From positions 1,674,001 to 1,738,000 of the forward strand of contig NC_134029.1 in NCBI RefSeq assembly GCF_964204645.1: a stretch of 64,000 bases of DNA. The letters are read 5' to 3'. Source of the stretch: Tubulanus polymorphus. Taxonomy: Eukaryota > Animalia > Nemertea. The position numbers and the translations under genes are program-made. Under the pieces are notes generated by a model. It was not told the DNA's origin and searched no databases. It saw only the letters and a program-made list of their open reading frames with translations. Below, piece after piece: positions 25,601-41,225 of this stretch (position 1 is its first letter; every line of letters starts with the position of its first letter).

Positions 25601-25829
25601 ATGATAATAAGATGAAGGAAACTTTTGGACTCTTTTTTATTGTGGGATTCTATTGTACCGGTATATAATGAAATGTGTTTGTATTATAGGTGCTGATAGC
25701 GTGCAGTATTTATCAGTAGATGGATTAGTGTCCGCGGTTGAAGAGGGGATTGCAGGTCTGGATCAACATAAGATCGGACATTGTACAGCGTGTCTAACTG
25801 GACGTTATCCTGTGCAGTTAGACTGGTGA
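22615..25829 (+). CDS. PPAT: Amidophosphoribosyltransferase (glutamine PRPP amidotransferase)
   Basis: Propeptide [10 protein letters not shown] followed by catalytic CGVFG; [35 protein letters not shown]-binding [12 protein letters not shown], Fe-S cysteines ([14 protein letters not shown]). 11 exons: 22615-22739, 23226-23362, 23480-23613, 23758-23870, 24080-24222, 24316-24435, 24515-24646, 24869-24996, 25078-25299, 25376-25496, 25690-25829. Confidence 0.97.
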
Positions 25830-26331
25830 ATTCTGTATATATGGCTTATTTTGGATCTGAATTTCGTGTCGTCGATATACATCTCATCCCCGTTTCTATT
25901 TCGCGTACATATCTCGGTAACTTACTTATTATTTATGTAACTCTTGTTCACTTGTAAAACTGTCAAATCATTGTTAAAAACAATGAGTAAAATACCCGTG
26001 GTATTCAAATTGTGATTTTTATTGTGTCTTTGACATTTAGTAAAATAATAATGAGTTAGAAATTCTTCAGCTGAAAGCTGTAATAAAATATTGTTTGAAA
26101 AAAGTATCCGAGTGAAAAGACAAAATTTCTGAGAGTTTTGTAAAGAATGAAGTATTTTGATTATTTGCTTTTATGAATGAAATAAAATATTCCTATGAAC
26201 TTAGTAATTGTAAAAAGCTCCTTATTCCTCTTCTCAAACCGAAGTAAAACTCATTCACACTAGGTGTTAACTGAACTAAAAACATTTATTGACAAATTGT
26301 TACTACCTAATTATAGCCACAACAAATTAGC

Positions 26332-28683
26332 TCAGCTACACATCAATGATTCTATTTCATCTGGATGTTTAGGGCAGTTTTCTGTTAGATTGATATGTCC
26401 ATCTGAAGTAATGAGTACATCGTCTTCAATGCGTATACCAATACCTCGATATCGCGTTGGAAAATCAGTTCTCGATTCCGGTATATAAATAGCTGAAATA
26501 TATACAACGAAATGATTACCGATAATTTGAAGTGGATGAGTTTTTACAGTGGAGGGAATCTATAGGTTGTACCTGGTTCGACTGTGATAGCCATTCCAGG
26601 TTGAAATGGAAGAGTTTGCGATGATGAACCGGAATCATGGATATCCATCCCGAAATAATGACCGACATGATGTGGACAAATCTCTCTGACCAACTGGAAA
26701 AAAATAGAATACGTCATCTTAAAATGAAGTCTTTGAAACTTTTTGATAAATTGATGAATGATTTGAGTTGATTTGATACCTTCGATTTGTTTTCTTTAGA
26801 AAGATGATTCGGAATTAATTCTAGTTTCTCTAGTTCTAATTGAATATGATTGAGCATCATCAGGTAAATGTTGTCTAATGTAAATCCAGGTTGACACATG
26901 TCTAAACACACTTTCTGAATACGCAGTACGGCGTCATAGATTTCCCTTTGAGCCGCTGAAAATCTGCCTAAACATAGAATTAATATTAATCGTACAAATC
27001 GCGCTCGTTGTAAATGTAACAATCAAAACAATAACCAAATAATTTTTATAGCTGAGGTCTATATAACGAACACTGTAGGACACAACAATGGAGAAACATA
27101 ATGACTTATTCGATAATGACTTATAGGAGTTTGACTCGAAGTGATTTCATTGCCCGGTGAATAGTATACCTGAGACTGGCCAAGTCCTCGTAACATCGCT
27201 ACAATAACCGTGGTATTCAGCACCAGCGTCGACTAAAACCAGTTCGCCGTCGTTCATTATTTGATTATTTCTAACGTAATGAATCGTACAAGCTCGATTT
27301 CCACCTGAAATAATTATAATTAATACACGTTAGTTTGTTACATCATTTCACTGTGAGAGGGAGAAAGAGATATTGATATACTCACCTGCCACTACAGGAA
27401 TATAAGCCAGATAATCAGCTCCTCTTAATCTACATTCATATTCCATACGAGCATCTAAATGTGCTTCACTCATCTTAAAAAAATAATCATCATTGAATTT
27501 TAATGAGACTTAAAAACATTTTGTAGACTCGGACACAGTTTTTACTTCAATTTATTATAAAGTATCGGCCTGCCCAGGAATTCGGTAATTGGACAGTCCT
27601 GCGAAATCCTAGGCAAGACTAGTCTATATTATAATGAAATAGTGGGACTCTGCAGTGATCACTTACCCCTGGTTTCGTAAATTTCATTACTTGTTTAAAG
27701 CTTTCTGCCGTTATCCTGTTACATTGCTCCAGTAATGCAATTTCTGGTTTCGATTTGAAGAGTCTGAGATGATGTAAATGAGGAATCGGATTCTGAATCG
27801 TTGAATGTTTGTTGGCGCGAATCAAATCATCGATGCTGTTTATTGCTACCGGTTGCTGTACGTTGTACCACAGCACGTATTTGTCCGACGATAAATCTTG
27901 CACGAATCTTATCAAAAAACTGTTGAAATCTTTAATACCGTAAGCGTTATCAATTCCTAATAACTGAACAGCATCGCGAGGTCCAGTGATAGTTCCTTCC
28001 CACAGTTCCCTTCTCTCATTCTTATCAGGTACGAAAATAGCTTCGTTAAGCTGCGTACCTTGTTTACTTGTGTACAATACCAGAATACTATCGGCTTCTA
28101 GGAATCCACTTAAATATAGGAAATCTGTATTCTGTCTGTATTTATAAGGAACACTTGTAGTCATGTAGTATCTAGGGGCGGAAGGAAGAATCAGTAAATG
28201 TTCGGAACCCGGTGAATTATTGATGATACGTTTCAGGAGTAGATTTCGTCTTTGTTTAAATTCATGTTTACTGATTCCTCGAGTTACGTCGTCGTGTTTA
28301 CTGATTAAATGCGGGTGACTCTGAAACGAAGGCTGTCCGTAATATTTCAAATCCTTTGTTTCAATCGGTTTGGTAACGGTCGATTTAAAACGTGGAGTTA
28401 TTAAACCTGAAATATAAATCACATTGTACTTAAAGTCATTATTGAAGCCGAAGGCGCAGGGATCACAAGTAAGTAGTACTAATTAGTAACTAGTGTAGGC
28501 CCAATTCAATTTGACAGGTGCCTCCTGATAGTTGCATCTGTAAGATATGAAATCCTCCTCCCTGAATCTGATAGATCTAATTATTGAAATATTCAGATTT
28601 TATTACATACCCCGTTTATTGCGTAAAATACGAGTAAAAACAGAAAAATTAATTTTTTTGTAAAATTTCATGGCGGCCGCCAT
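26332..28683 (-). CDS. XPNPEP3: Xaa-Pro aminopeptidase 3 (mitochondrial Icp55-like, M24B)
   Basis: Basic N-terminal presequence, [74 protein letters not shown]. Exons approx. 28683-28611, 28406-27667, 27473-27386, 27304-27170, 26967-26780, 26693-26573, 26492-26332. Confidence 0.93.
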
Positions 28684-28880
28684 CTTTAAATCACGTGACT
28701 CCACAGAAAGATGACTAAGACACGGACCTTGCGTCCGGTACATGCATCCTGTTTTATTTCCGGTCCGCAGTCCAACTTCAGATAATCATTACAGCCGGTG
28801 ATAAACATATTTGCTTCACAAAAAATTTAAACGTAGAAATTCTGATTTTCTGATAAATTGCTGTTATTTTCGCGTGTGTG
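28684..28880. promoter_or_regulatory. XPNPEP3-ANAPC10 bidirectional promoter
   Basis: 197 bp between divergent ATGs. A YY1-like AAGATGGCGGC overlaps the XPNPEP3 start; E-box TCACGTGA at ~28690; ETS-like TTCCGG at ~28758. Confidence 0.65.
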
Positions 28881-30025
28881 ATGGCTACTAAAATAACTGG
28901 CAGTCAAGATATCGATCCTTATAAGGGTGAACGAGAAGGGAAACTGAGAGAAGTTGGTAAACAAGCGGTTTGGTCTTTATCTTCGTGTAAACCAGGTTGG
29001 TAACTAAAACTACTCACTCTGCTGAGTCTGAGACGAGTGGCTGGCAATGCTTGTCCCAATGTGTGCTGCACAGCACAGGGACTTGTTACAATTGATTGTG
29101 AATGAATAAAACTAATTAGTATCAATGACCAACCTCAGTATCCCTGTATGATGAAAAAACACCAACAGGCAATTAATCTGAAAATGACCTCTCCACTTGA
29201 AACTTCAATCGACTGTAATTCTGTTTCCAATAATGTCAGTGAGCATCGCTTCATCGCAATCAGTCGCCGTCATCCACACAATCTGCTCCAAGTAATGCCA
29301 ATGATACCAATGAACTGAGAAGTGATGGAAAAACCTCATTTTATTTCATTTGATGTTTTGTGTTGTAGGATTTGGTGTTGATCAGTTGAGAGATGAATCA
29401 TTAGATACGTACTGGCAATCGGACGGACCTCAACCTCATCTTGTTAATATTCAATTCAAAAAGAAAACTACAATACAGGATATTTGTATATACGCGGATT
29501 ATAAAGCGGATGAAAGTTACACACCAAACAGGTAAATTAAAATAATATAGTCATCACTTACCAGGGGTAAATCTAGGGTCTATCAATTCGATTAGAATGT
29601 TTGCAAATATTTTCTAACTAACCTGGATCCAGAAATATGTAGTCAATAATTGACTGAAGATGGATAAGTTGATGCTCCCTTATATCAGAATAAAATCTGT
29701 TATCGATTATGACATTGATTCATTTTAAATTTGTCTTGTTTGTAGAATCTCGGTTCGAGCTGGAAATCATTTCAACGATCTCAGCGAAATCGAACAAGTA
29801 GAATTAAGCGAACCGTCCGGTTGGGTGAACGTACCTCTGAAAGACGTCACTTCGAAACCGCTGAGGACTTTCATGTTACAAATAGCAGTTTTATCGAACC
29901 ATCAAAACGGACGCGATACGCATATGAGACAGATTAAAGTCCACTCGCCAGTGCAGGACATGTCTCTAGCAAAAATGCCGAATTTAGTGACTGTGGATTG
30001 TAGACAATACGCGACAATAAGATGA
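28881..30025 (+). CDS. ANAPC10: Anaphase-promoting complex subunit 10 (DOC1)
   Basis: [54 protein letters not shown] and a C-terminal IR tail. Exons 28881-28995, 29369-29531, 29746-30025. Confidence 0.97.
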
Positions 30026-31095
30026 AACAGATTTATATTCATGGAAATATATTTATTTATTAGAAAGTGTCGATAAAAGCAAGGATTGACTCAGCATCCA
30101 TTTAATTTGGCACTAAACATGATAATGGATGAGTTGTATATGTTAACAATAAATTGAGATTATAAAAGAAATGCAGCAGGATTGCGTTCATAAAGGGACA
30201 TTTATAAAGTACGTAAGCATCGTAGTAGAAATAGGCCACACTTAAAAACACGGAGAACAGATGAAAATCCAATACATACAAATTCAAAAGATTAGAAACG
30301 AAATTTATCAAGAAATAAACACCTGACGGTGGTTTCTTGAGAATCCAATTGTTTTTACGAAACAAAATCAACAGTTATCAAAAGTTGAAGTCAATTTTAT
30401 TTTAACTCTATTTCGTGGTTTGTCTTTTAGATTTGTATATAGTTGGTTTTAATCTGGTTGCGTACATTTCGTCGGGGAGGGGGCCAAATATTGTCACCCA
30501 TATCGCCACAGAGAGTTTGAAAATCAGTGTTATTTTTTGCGAATGTACTTTCACAATATGGTTTGTACTCAACTCGTCTGTTGTCGGGAAGAGAAATAAC
30601 AACGTTACGTATCTCGCAGTGCATGTAACCGGTTGAGTTGTGTTTTGATTGACAACGCTGTGATTGTTTAAACCACTAATCTGCGGTTTATCTAACTGAT
30701 TTTTTCTACACTTCGCGAAGAGCGTCAGTTGCTTCTCAAAATATCTAGATAAACTATATCTGACGATGCATGGCGTGGTTACGTAACGTCAGTTAAAAAA
30801 AAAAACCGGAAAAACACCTATAAACACAATGAGTCAGTGTAGCTCCGACTGCGTTTGTAATTACTGGTGAAAAGACGAACTTCAGTTTGATTGAAAGGAA
30901 TTTTAATTGAAAATGGGTTCGAATAACTGTCATTTTCAACCAGGAATAATGAATTGTTTAAGACTCGGGGGAAACAATTATAGACATGTATTATATTTCC
31001 AGGCAAAATAACAAATAGGAATGTTTTCATTTTTAAACTCGAAACTCGATAATTTCTTTTGATATAACGATTCAAAATAGTTACTATTCTTATCA

Positions 31096-33434
<2,339 letters not shown>

Positions 33435-36400
33435 TCTGAATTTCGGGACGAACATCGCTGAGAAGTAGCATCATCAAGAACAGCGCTGGTGCATCTAAAG
33501 CTCAGTAGTAGTTGTAGCTGTATAGTCAGAATAAATGCTCTCAATAAACAAACTCTAGTCTCCACTTGAGAAGTTGTACTAAATCACATCAGCTGATCTT
33601 GTGTAACACTTAGAGAAGCTATATTTATCTGGGTCGACACTCCTATACGCGCTGTAAGTCACGGGCTCGAATCTCGGTGATGATGTCCCGGGTTCGACGC
33701 TATGGTTACTCGTCGGCGGTAAGAAGTGTTCATGAATAAAATAGACAGTATCCGCGGTCCCGTTAAGTGTTTAGTATTGGCCGATATGTTTGTCCTGTAT
33801 TTAGAACACGCCGATAAGAGCTATGATAAGTAAGTATTTGAATTTCAGTCAATGGTCATGCGGTTTATATTTACTCGTACACAGCTCGGGTCACGATGTA
33901 AACTCGATCCGTTGTGTATAGTACATGTAAATAGTAATTGATACGGCTGACGTGGGCGTCGTTGCTTAATTTCTATTTACTTCAAAGTTATGAATGAATC
34001 AATTAATTCAAGTTAGTAGAGACGCGAGTCAGAGACGGCTAATCGCTGTGGTTAATTACACACTAATCTACCATTTTCCGTCATATAAATTGCGAATTTC
34101 TTACAAATATTAGATGAAAAATTACAACACTAAAAATGTCCTGATGATATCAAAATTCATTGAAATCTACGTATTTATAAATTGTACTTTGCGTGTAATT
34201 TGTTATTCGTGAAAACAGATACACTGTGCAAAAGGACACCGAAACAGGAAGTTGATGTTCGCTTTATTAAATTCGTTTATATACATGGCTATATTCACGT
34301 ATAGACGAAATTTGTTTGGATTCGAAACTGATCAGTGCTGCTGAAATCTGAAATCATAAACACATAAAGGATTTATGATCTCAGATGATGAAGTTTAGAT
34401 AAACTGCGAATGTCAGACAATAAACATTCTAATCATCATACGTGATGGTTTTTTACTTATTAACTCGAAGTCAAAGGTATAAACAGAACAAAAAGTATTC
34501 AGTGCAGTCTACGAGTCAAAAAGTTTGAATTATTGGGACAGTTTAAGACACTTTACCTTTTCGCCGGTGCGCAGTTTAACGAGGGGAAGGACACATGACC
34601 GTCGTCCATCAATCTTCATTTCAGTAAACGCGTCACTGTGACTTCCGTTTAAACGCCCAATAATGTGGCGTCTGCCAGTAGCTCCCGTAGTTTGATTGAA
34701 TTATGCAACAACGTTTAGTTGAAAATGAAGAAGATTAGTTTATATTCACGATCACGTTTTGGGTTGTGGATAAAATACACAAATTTCCGTGTAAGGATCT
34801 GGATGATGGTTTATTTTGTTTAGACGTGGACGCACATGTCACAATCACAAAAAGACGCGGTAATTCAATTGTGATAGTGTTGATGTCCGTTTTTGCGAGA
34901 CCTCTCACTCAGACGACTCTCGCGTTAAATTGACGCAAATAGCGTGTCTGGTTCGGTAGATCACGTCATTTCCTGTTTCAGTAAACGGTGAACGAGACTC
35001 TGTTCTATGGTTTCGCAATAATTATATAGTATTTTGTTGGATTCTCGCTTCAGGCCCGCGAATTATACATTAATATCTACATGAAATAGACCCACTCGCT
35101 TACCGCTGTCCCCTCCACCACATCGTCTGCCACCTGACAGTATTTTTCCCCGCACTGGCTCGATCGCACCAGTGATTCGAATCAGTGACGCTTCAAGCCA
35201 TCCATGAAAAAAATCCAGACCAGATACGCGTTTCATTCTACGCAGTATTTTTTTGGTGTTCCCGGTAAACGGTGCACGGAGCATGTTTTCGTGTAAGATC
35301 ATCATTATGAAGTCATGCGTTGTTAATCAATGTGACGAACAAGTTTTTCACATGTTTGTTTCCTATAGTATTTGATCTCAGAGCTTCAGTAATCAGATTG
35401 TCGAAAGTGGAGCAACATCGGGGGCGCGCGAACGCCTACCACTGGGGAAATTACATCTCAAGCGACTCTTTGACAGGTTATTCTGCATCTTGCAAAAATT
35501 GGTCCATAAAAGCATCGGACTTACAAAAAGGCATGGCTTAATAGAAGAGGAACAAACAGTCCAAGTTTGTTCGTAACGCCAAAGGGCCACGAAAAATTTG
35601 GAATTCTAAATTTGGAGATCAAAGAATAGTATTTTCATATGATTCTGACTTTGGCATATTCGGATTCGGAAAATGCTACCATTAGTAAAGCGAGCAGTGG
35701 CATTCAAAATGTGTGACGTTATAACGGTCATTATGACAGTATGTGAAATGTTATCCCAGTCGACCAGAGCTGTTTATACCTGTTTGTATTAATGAGTATT
35801 TACGTACCGAAAGAATATCGAGGATTTCGGATGATTATCGAGAAACTCTGCTCCTCGGGCGCTATACCGAACTCACCTCGACCACACAATAAATCCACGT
35901 GAACATCATCAATTTATAATGGAAATGCGGCTGAAATAATAATAATTATAAGATGTAATGTGCTTTAAGCTCTTGCAGTAATTTGTGAAGTGTCTAATTG
36001 CTATAGATAATTAGTTCACTGGCGTCTGATGTAAGTCAGTCTGGAATGCAACGTTTACCGTTGAAAAGAAGCAACGCTAAAAAACGTTTTCTTATGTGTA
36101 AACATATAAAACATTTAGATATACGTGTGAAGGAAAATGATACCGGTGCCGTTTGAATCCCTGTATGGGAATATACAAACCTGACACGAAGACGTGATTC
36201 GACACGAAGAAACAACAAAATAAATATGATGTAAAACATGATGTAAAAATATGATGAAATGGAAACATAGAAATATATAAAGACAATGAGAGTTCGCTGG
36301 ATTGACAATTACAAAAAGGACATTTCATTCTGAAGTGAAATCCCTCAGTCACTGATAAAACTGTTCACACTTAAGTTGTGATATGTCACATGAAGAAATC

Positions 36401-37934
36401 CGAACACAGTGCCATTATGTGCCATTTAATTCATCCACACTACTACTGGTGTGTCGTTTGTTCTGCTACATCTGTATTGTTTAACTGTGAAGCTTCTACT
36501 TTTTCACTGACGTCACGGTTATTGCTTAAATTGGCTTTCGTGTGACGTCATACGAATTACCTTTACCGAGTCTGAACAAAATTCACCCCCTTCATACCAT
36601 GTTTCTACTGTGATAGAAATTATTTGTCCATGTTGTTTGTGGTATTACTGTCGACCATCTCCCTCCCATGTTGCTTCGAAACTATCCGTTTTCGAACTGC
36701 CCACATGAGTATGATTGTATTTTCATGTTTTCCATATTGATGTCCACATGTAATCGATGCATCAAAATTCCGCTATAGAGGTTTATTGACATCACCCCAT
36801 CACATATTCTGTATGACCTTTCATATTTTGAAATGAATTAGTAATTTTCGGGCTAGTTATCTAGGTTAACTCTCTCACATGGGTGGGCCCTATAATGGTT
36901 ATATTTGAAATTTGCATAACAAGTCGAGATAAACCTTGAATTATTTAATTAACTCACAGAACCCACCGAACATTAAATACAAATACGTCAAATAATGATA
37001 TGGTTTATTATTAATTAGAACAGTTTCACATTATATTCAGATTAACATCTTTCAACATTGTTTTCATACTATACAATCTTCAATTTAATTTACAATAACA
37101 TAAACTGACAAGAAACAATCATCATAATTACATTTCATATGGCATTTTATCTGACATTTATAAATACGCTGTTATTTTCACGAATTCATGATGAAAACAA
37201 AAACAACTCGATCAAGTGACTTGATAGCTATAATATTCACATTAACCATAAGAGGCCTTCATAAAGTACGTAAAATTGATATCCATCGGTGGAGGGTGTG
37301 AAATCAAGCCCTTGCTCCCCATGAACACGATACCTCGCGTACATCTTACTTTTACACGTACTTTATAAACGGTCCCTATAATTCCACTTAATCCTCACTC
37401 TGACTGTTTAGAATAAAAATCACAGAACACTCGCATGATATATAATACATAATAATAATATATTCTAGAAACAATCAGGGGACTGATTTTAGTGTCAGTT
37501 TTTTGCTGCAGGTGTCGCTGTATTTTTGCTGGAATGTATATTGTATATCACAATATATTCAATATACGTATCGTATCAAGAAAACCCTGATTGAATCTAA
37601 TTACATATCTACAAATACATCGAATGTAAATTGATCAATGTATATGGGAAGGGAAGGGACATCGACATATGAATATAATTGTTATGCTTCAAAAAGAGTC
37701 GCTGTTTGCTGCTCTATAGTAGAGACTATATAACCGATCATCAACCATACGTTTAACATCTGGACTATGTTCGTTCTTCTCATCAGTAATCATTCTCACC
37801 CGGTCGGATGATGATTGCACGAAGTCGTGAAAATGTTGATATTCCATTAAACCTTACGACGAAAGCAGTCAGAATCTAATGGTGGAGTCTTCCTTCCTAG
37901 CGGAGTTTAGCAAATCATTAATTCACCTTAACGA

Positions 37935-38047
37935 GCTGCGATTACTGATGGTCAGCTGAAGACTGATGGCCACCAGATTACTGGTGGCCAGCTGATCACT
38001 GATGGTCAGCTGATTACTGATCGTCAGCTAATCTACTGATTGTCAGC
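37935..38047. repeat. Degenerate 18-bp minisatellite (~6 copies)
   Basis: GCTGATTACTGATGGTCA-like units just downstream of the GAS1-like stop codon. Confidence 0.75.
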
Positions 38048-38221
38048 AATCCGTGGTCAAGACACTTCATTTTCACAATCTCCAGTTATGGGAACACACC
38101 ATTTTTACGACATGGCTTCAAAAATGTGTGGGTGATCTAGATTTAAAAATTTGAATTCTTGTTGTTCTTGCTGATTTTTACCGATATATTTTCGTTAGAT
38201 CATGTGCGCGTGACGTCATTG

Positions 38222-38965
38222 TCATTTGAACTGGTTACACAAATGTATGATAGAAACGATCAAAGCAAGGAAGGCCGCCAGTCGTGCATTAATAACTATC
38301 GCCTGATTAGAAGTATTAAACCACTGATGTTTCGTGTATGAACTTGCGTTGTTATTCAAGCATAAACGCATCGTGTTGCGTCGTACCGTTTCGCAATCGT
38401 TCTCGTAGTTCGTCTGTTTATCGCAGGTACAAGTCGTCAATTTCTGAGCTTGTTTTTGCTGATGAAGAACCGTCAAGCTATTATTGCACTCTTTCGAACA
38501 TCGGTTTCCTTTAAACATATCAACGCAAAGATCGGAATAGTATCTCAGGGCGGTGAGACATGACGTGTCCGCTTCGCAAATTAGTTTAGCTAGCGAACAT
38601 TTGAGTATAGATTGCGGATCTTTTACGCTGTTAATCGCGGAGAGAACCTGGTCTCTGCACGGTTCGACTGCAAGGCGTTGTCTGATACAATACGCATCTC
38701 CGTCGCACGTACAATGCATCATATCATTAGCTTGACCTCCCGAAGTTAAAAGCGACAACAAAACTTCGCGACATTGAGTCGTACAACCGTCCATAGACTC
38801 TAAATTACAAAATGTACGAAAATGATGCAAAGCTATTCCGCAACCGATTTGAATTTGACAGTTTCTCGTAGCTTCCATACACGATATGCTTTTAACCATT
38901 GATACGTACGTCAAACAACAAAAACAACAAAGAATCAAATCTATTTGATATACACTTACACACAT
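38222..38965 (-). CDS. GAS1: Growth arrest-specific protein 1-like (GDNF/GAS1 domains, likely GPI-anchored)
   Basis: Single coding exon. Hydrophobic N-terminus, two Cys-rich repeats (CMEATRNC..C..AL..F...C..CT..C...L..L; CSLAKLICEADTSCLTALRYY..LC..MF.GNRCS..CNNSL..L..Q..A.KL.TC.C) and a hydrophobic C-terminal tail. Confidence 0.88.
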   Translation of the reverse strand: MCVSVYQIDLILCCFCCLTYVSMVKSISCMEATRNCQIQIGCGIALHHFRTFCNLESMDGCTTQCREVLLSLLTSGGQANDMMHCTCDGDAYCIRQRLAVEPCRDQVLSAINSVKDPQSILKCSLAKLICEADTSCLTALRYYSDLCVDMFKGNRCSKECNNSLTVLHQQKQAQKLTTCTCDKQTNYENDCETVRRNTMRLCLNNNASSYTKHQWFNTSNQAIVINARLAAFLALIVSIIHLCNQFK

Positions 38966-41143
38966 ATCGCCTCTCGTCTCAAGTATCACCAGTTCAAGAA
39001 CTTAAGTTTATGAATGAGCCGACTATGTAAACGTATCCGTCTGATGTGCTACACAAAAACGTGTAAAGAATAGTGAAGCTAAAAATGCAACACAGACTTT
39101 ATAACGAACGGAACTTCCACAGCATCACATCTCACAAACTGGTTTTCAAACGAACGTTCCAGCCTGCCAACCAGCTGTAAATCGAAGATAAATCTTCCAA
39201 CTTCCTATCCCATCCGTCAATATAATATTTCCCTAATTTTATGCGTTCTAAAGGAGCAGCGGTTGCCTTTTCTTTCCGCTGTACCCGGGTGACATAGATC
39301 TTTAGGAATGCGCGTTGCTTGATTCTAGACTTGGCTATTCATTATATGCTGGGGAGAGAAAAACGTTGAATAGTTAGTGAAAAACTTGGCTATATCGAAC
39401 CGGTCGACACTAATACAGCACACTCCTCTCGGCAGCAAGGTAAAAACCAGAGCAATTTTCATTCGTTTATAAGAGGCTGCCAATAACGTATATAATGTTG
39501 AATGACAGGCTACGGTTGTGTATATTGAAGATTACTGATAAAACACTTAACATTCGTTTGCGATAAATAATCAACACTAACCTTTCATCGGGTGCAGCCA
39601 TACGACACACTGTCACCATCCTGAGAGCTCGTACCGCGCACAGGTGATTTCACTTTACATCCCCCCTACTTTTATATTAAATCTCCTTGCGCCGCATGTC
39701 CCGCCATCTACATCCATCCAGCCTCTTTATTATACTCTATCCTTTCATGAGACCACTTTTTATTGCCTAATACCCATTTGACGTGATCCAGACGAATAGA
39801 AAGCAGCCGGTCTATATCGGAGACATATTTTACACGTTCATCTTTTGAAAAAAGCCAATCACTGGTTTAGTTTAAATACCTAAGTGCATCTGTCAGGTTG
39901 ACAGCGAGTTTCCAAATGTAGCTACATTCTTCGAATGCGGTATTTGATTTTTATAACCCACTTCTTTGTTGTTTTAATTCACTTCTGCAATGATGCACAT
40001 AATGATGTTTATACTGCATTTAAATTGTAGAATATTGTATTGCTCTATGTTTGATATTGTTTCAAAATCACCAGTCTCAAGAAGCCGTCGTCGGAACTAT
40101 AAAACTGACTCGACTTAAAATCATGATTCTACGTATGCCGTAATCAAATCGAAGTAAGATTGTCAACTTTAACCTATACAACTACAAATTCTTATTAGTC
40201 TTATGAGTATTGATTACGAAAATGTCCAAAAACTGTGACGTGAATGTAATAATAGTAAAAAAAGAGGTCGGGAAGAAAGATCTGATGTGAAACACGTAGA
40301 TCGCGTCATAAATCCAGACAAATGATGATTTATCGGACGAAATTCCGGTTAGTCATTAGCGATAGACTAAAGATAACTTCCGAACAGGAGACTCAATCTG
40401 CGCGCTAATTGTCGGGCCTCTGACGACGACAAGGTCATCCCCGATCCGACACGTGGATGATCATCATAAGGAATTTAGGCGGAAATGAGACTCGGTCAGC
40501 GAGGATGTAATTGAGCCCCGGACGTCATTGTAGGTTTTTGACTATAGGTATCATCGGTCTGAAAAATATGCAAGAGTTTGGACTGGAGAAACGTAACATC
40601 TAGAATCTCGCAAATTATGCGAATTTTCTCAATTTCAAAACGGCATGCCAAAAAGTATCATGGTATCAGGATGGTGACATCGCGTAGCTTTGATATTTCA
40701 TTTTTTGCTTTCTATCATGAATAATGTAGTTTTTTTCGATTATTCCCAATGAATGGCTGATTGTACATGAGGTGTGGATGTATGGTAACCGCCTATCTAA
40801 CGTATCCTATTACATTTCTATCACCCAGGTTGTTGCAGATTGAACAACAATAATAGCGCGTTGTTTCTGCGACGAAATTTGGAAAAGGGAAACTAATAGG
40901 AAGTACTTTCAGCGTAAAACTCAGCCGCCGTCAAATGCTATTATTTCTAAGCTATTCGATTCGTTGCAGATCGGGTTACTCGAGATAATGAAATAATTGT
41001 ATTGGTAGTATTGTATAAGTGATTCATAATTGAGATATGATTGGTAAGAACGTGGCATTACAAGGCATTTATAGTTATGTTCTCGAATAAAAGAAGCCCT
41101 AGAAATGGGAGATATATAGCTATAATGTGTGTCAAAAGCAACA

Positions 41144-41225
41144 CGCTGCGAGTAGGGTTCGAACCTACGCGGGAATATCCCATTGGATTTCGAGTCCAAC
41201 GCCTTAACCACTCGGCCATCGCAGC
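41144..41225 (-). tRNA. tRNA-Ser (anticodon CGA)
   Basis: GCTGCGATGGCCGAGTGGTTAAGGCGTTGGACT-CGA-AATCCAATGGGATATTCCCGCGTAGGTTCGAACCCTACTCGCAGCG; 82 nt, all stems pair, long variable arm. Confidence 0.97.

Noticed and set aside
19730-25829. Bacterial pur operon or contamination
   Set aside because: Both genes have many spliceosomal introns, and PAICS is the animal-type fusion.
35125-35150. miR-8/200-like sequence (ACCTGACAGTATT), and a 5p-like match at 19241
   Set aside because: Only ~13 nt matches, no local hairpin partner arm, and the two matches are 16 kb apart.
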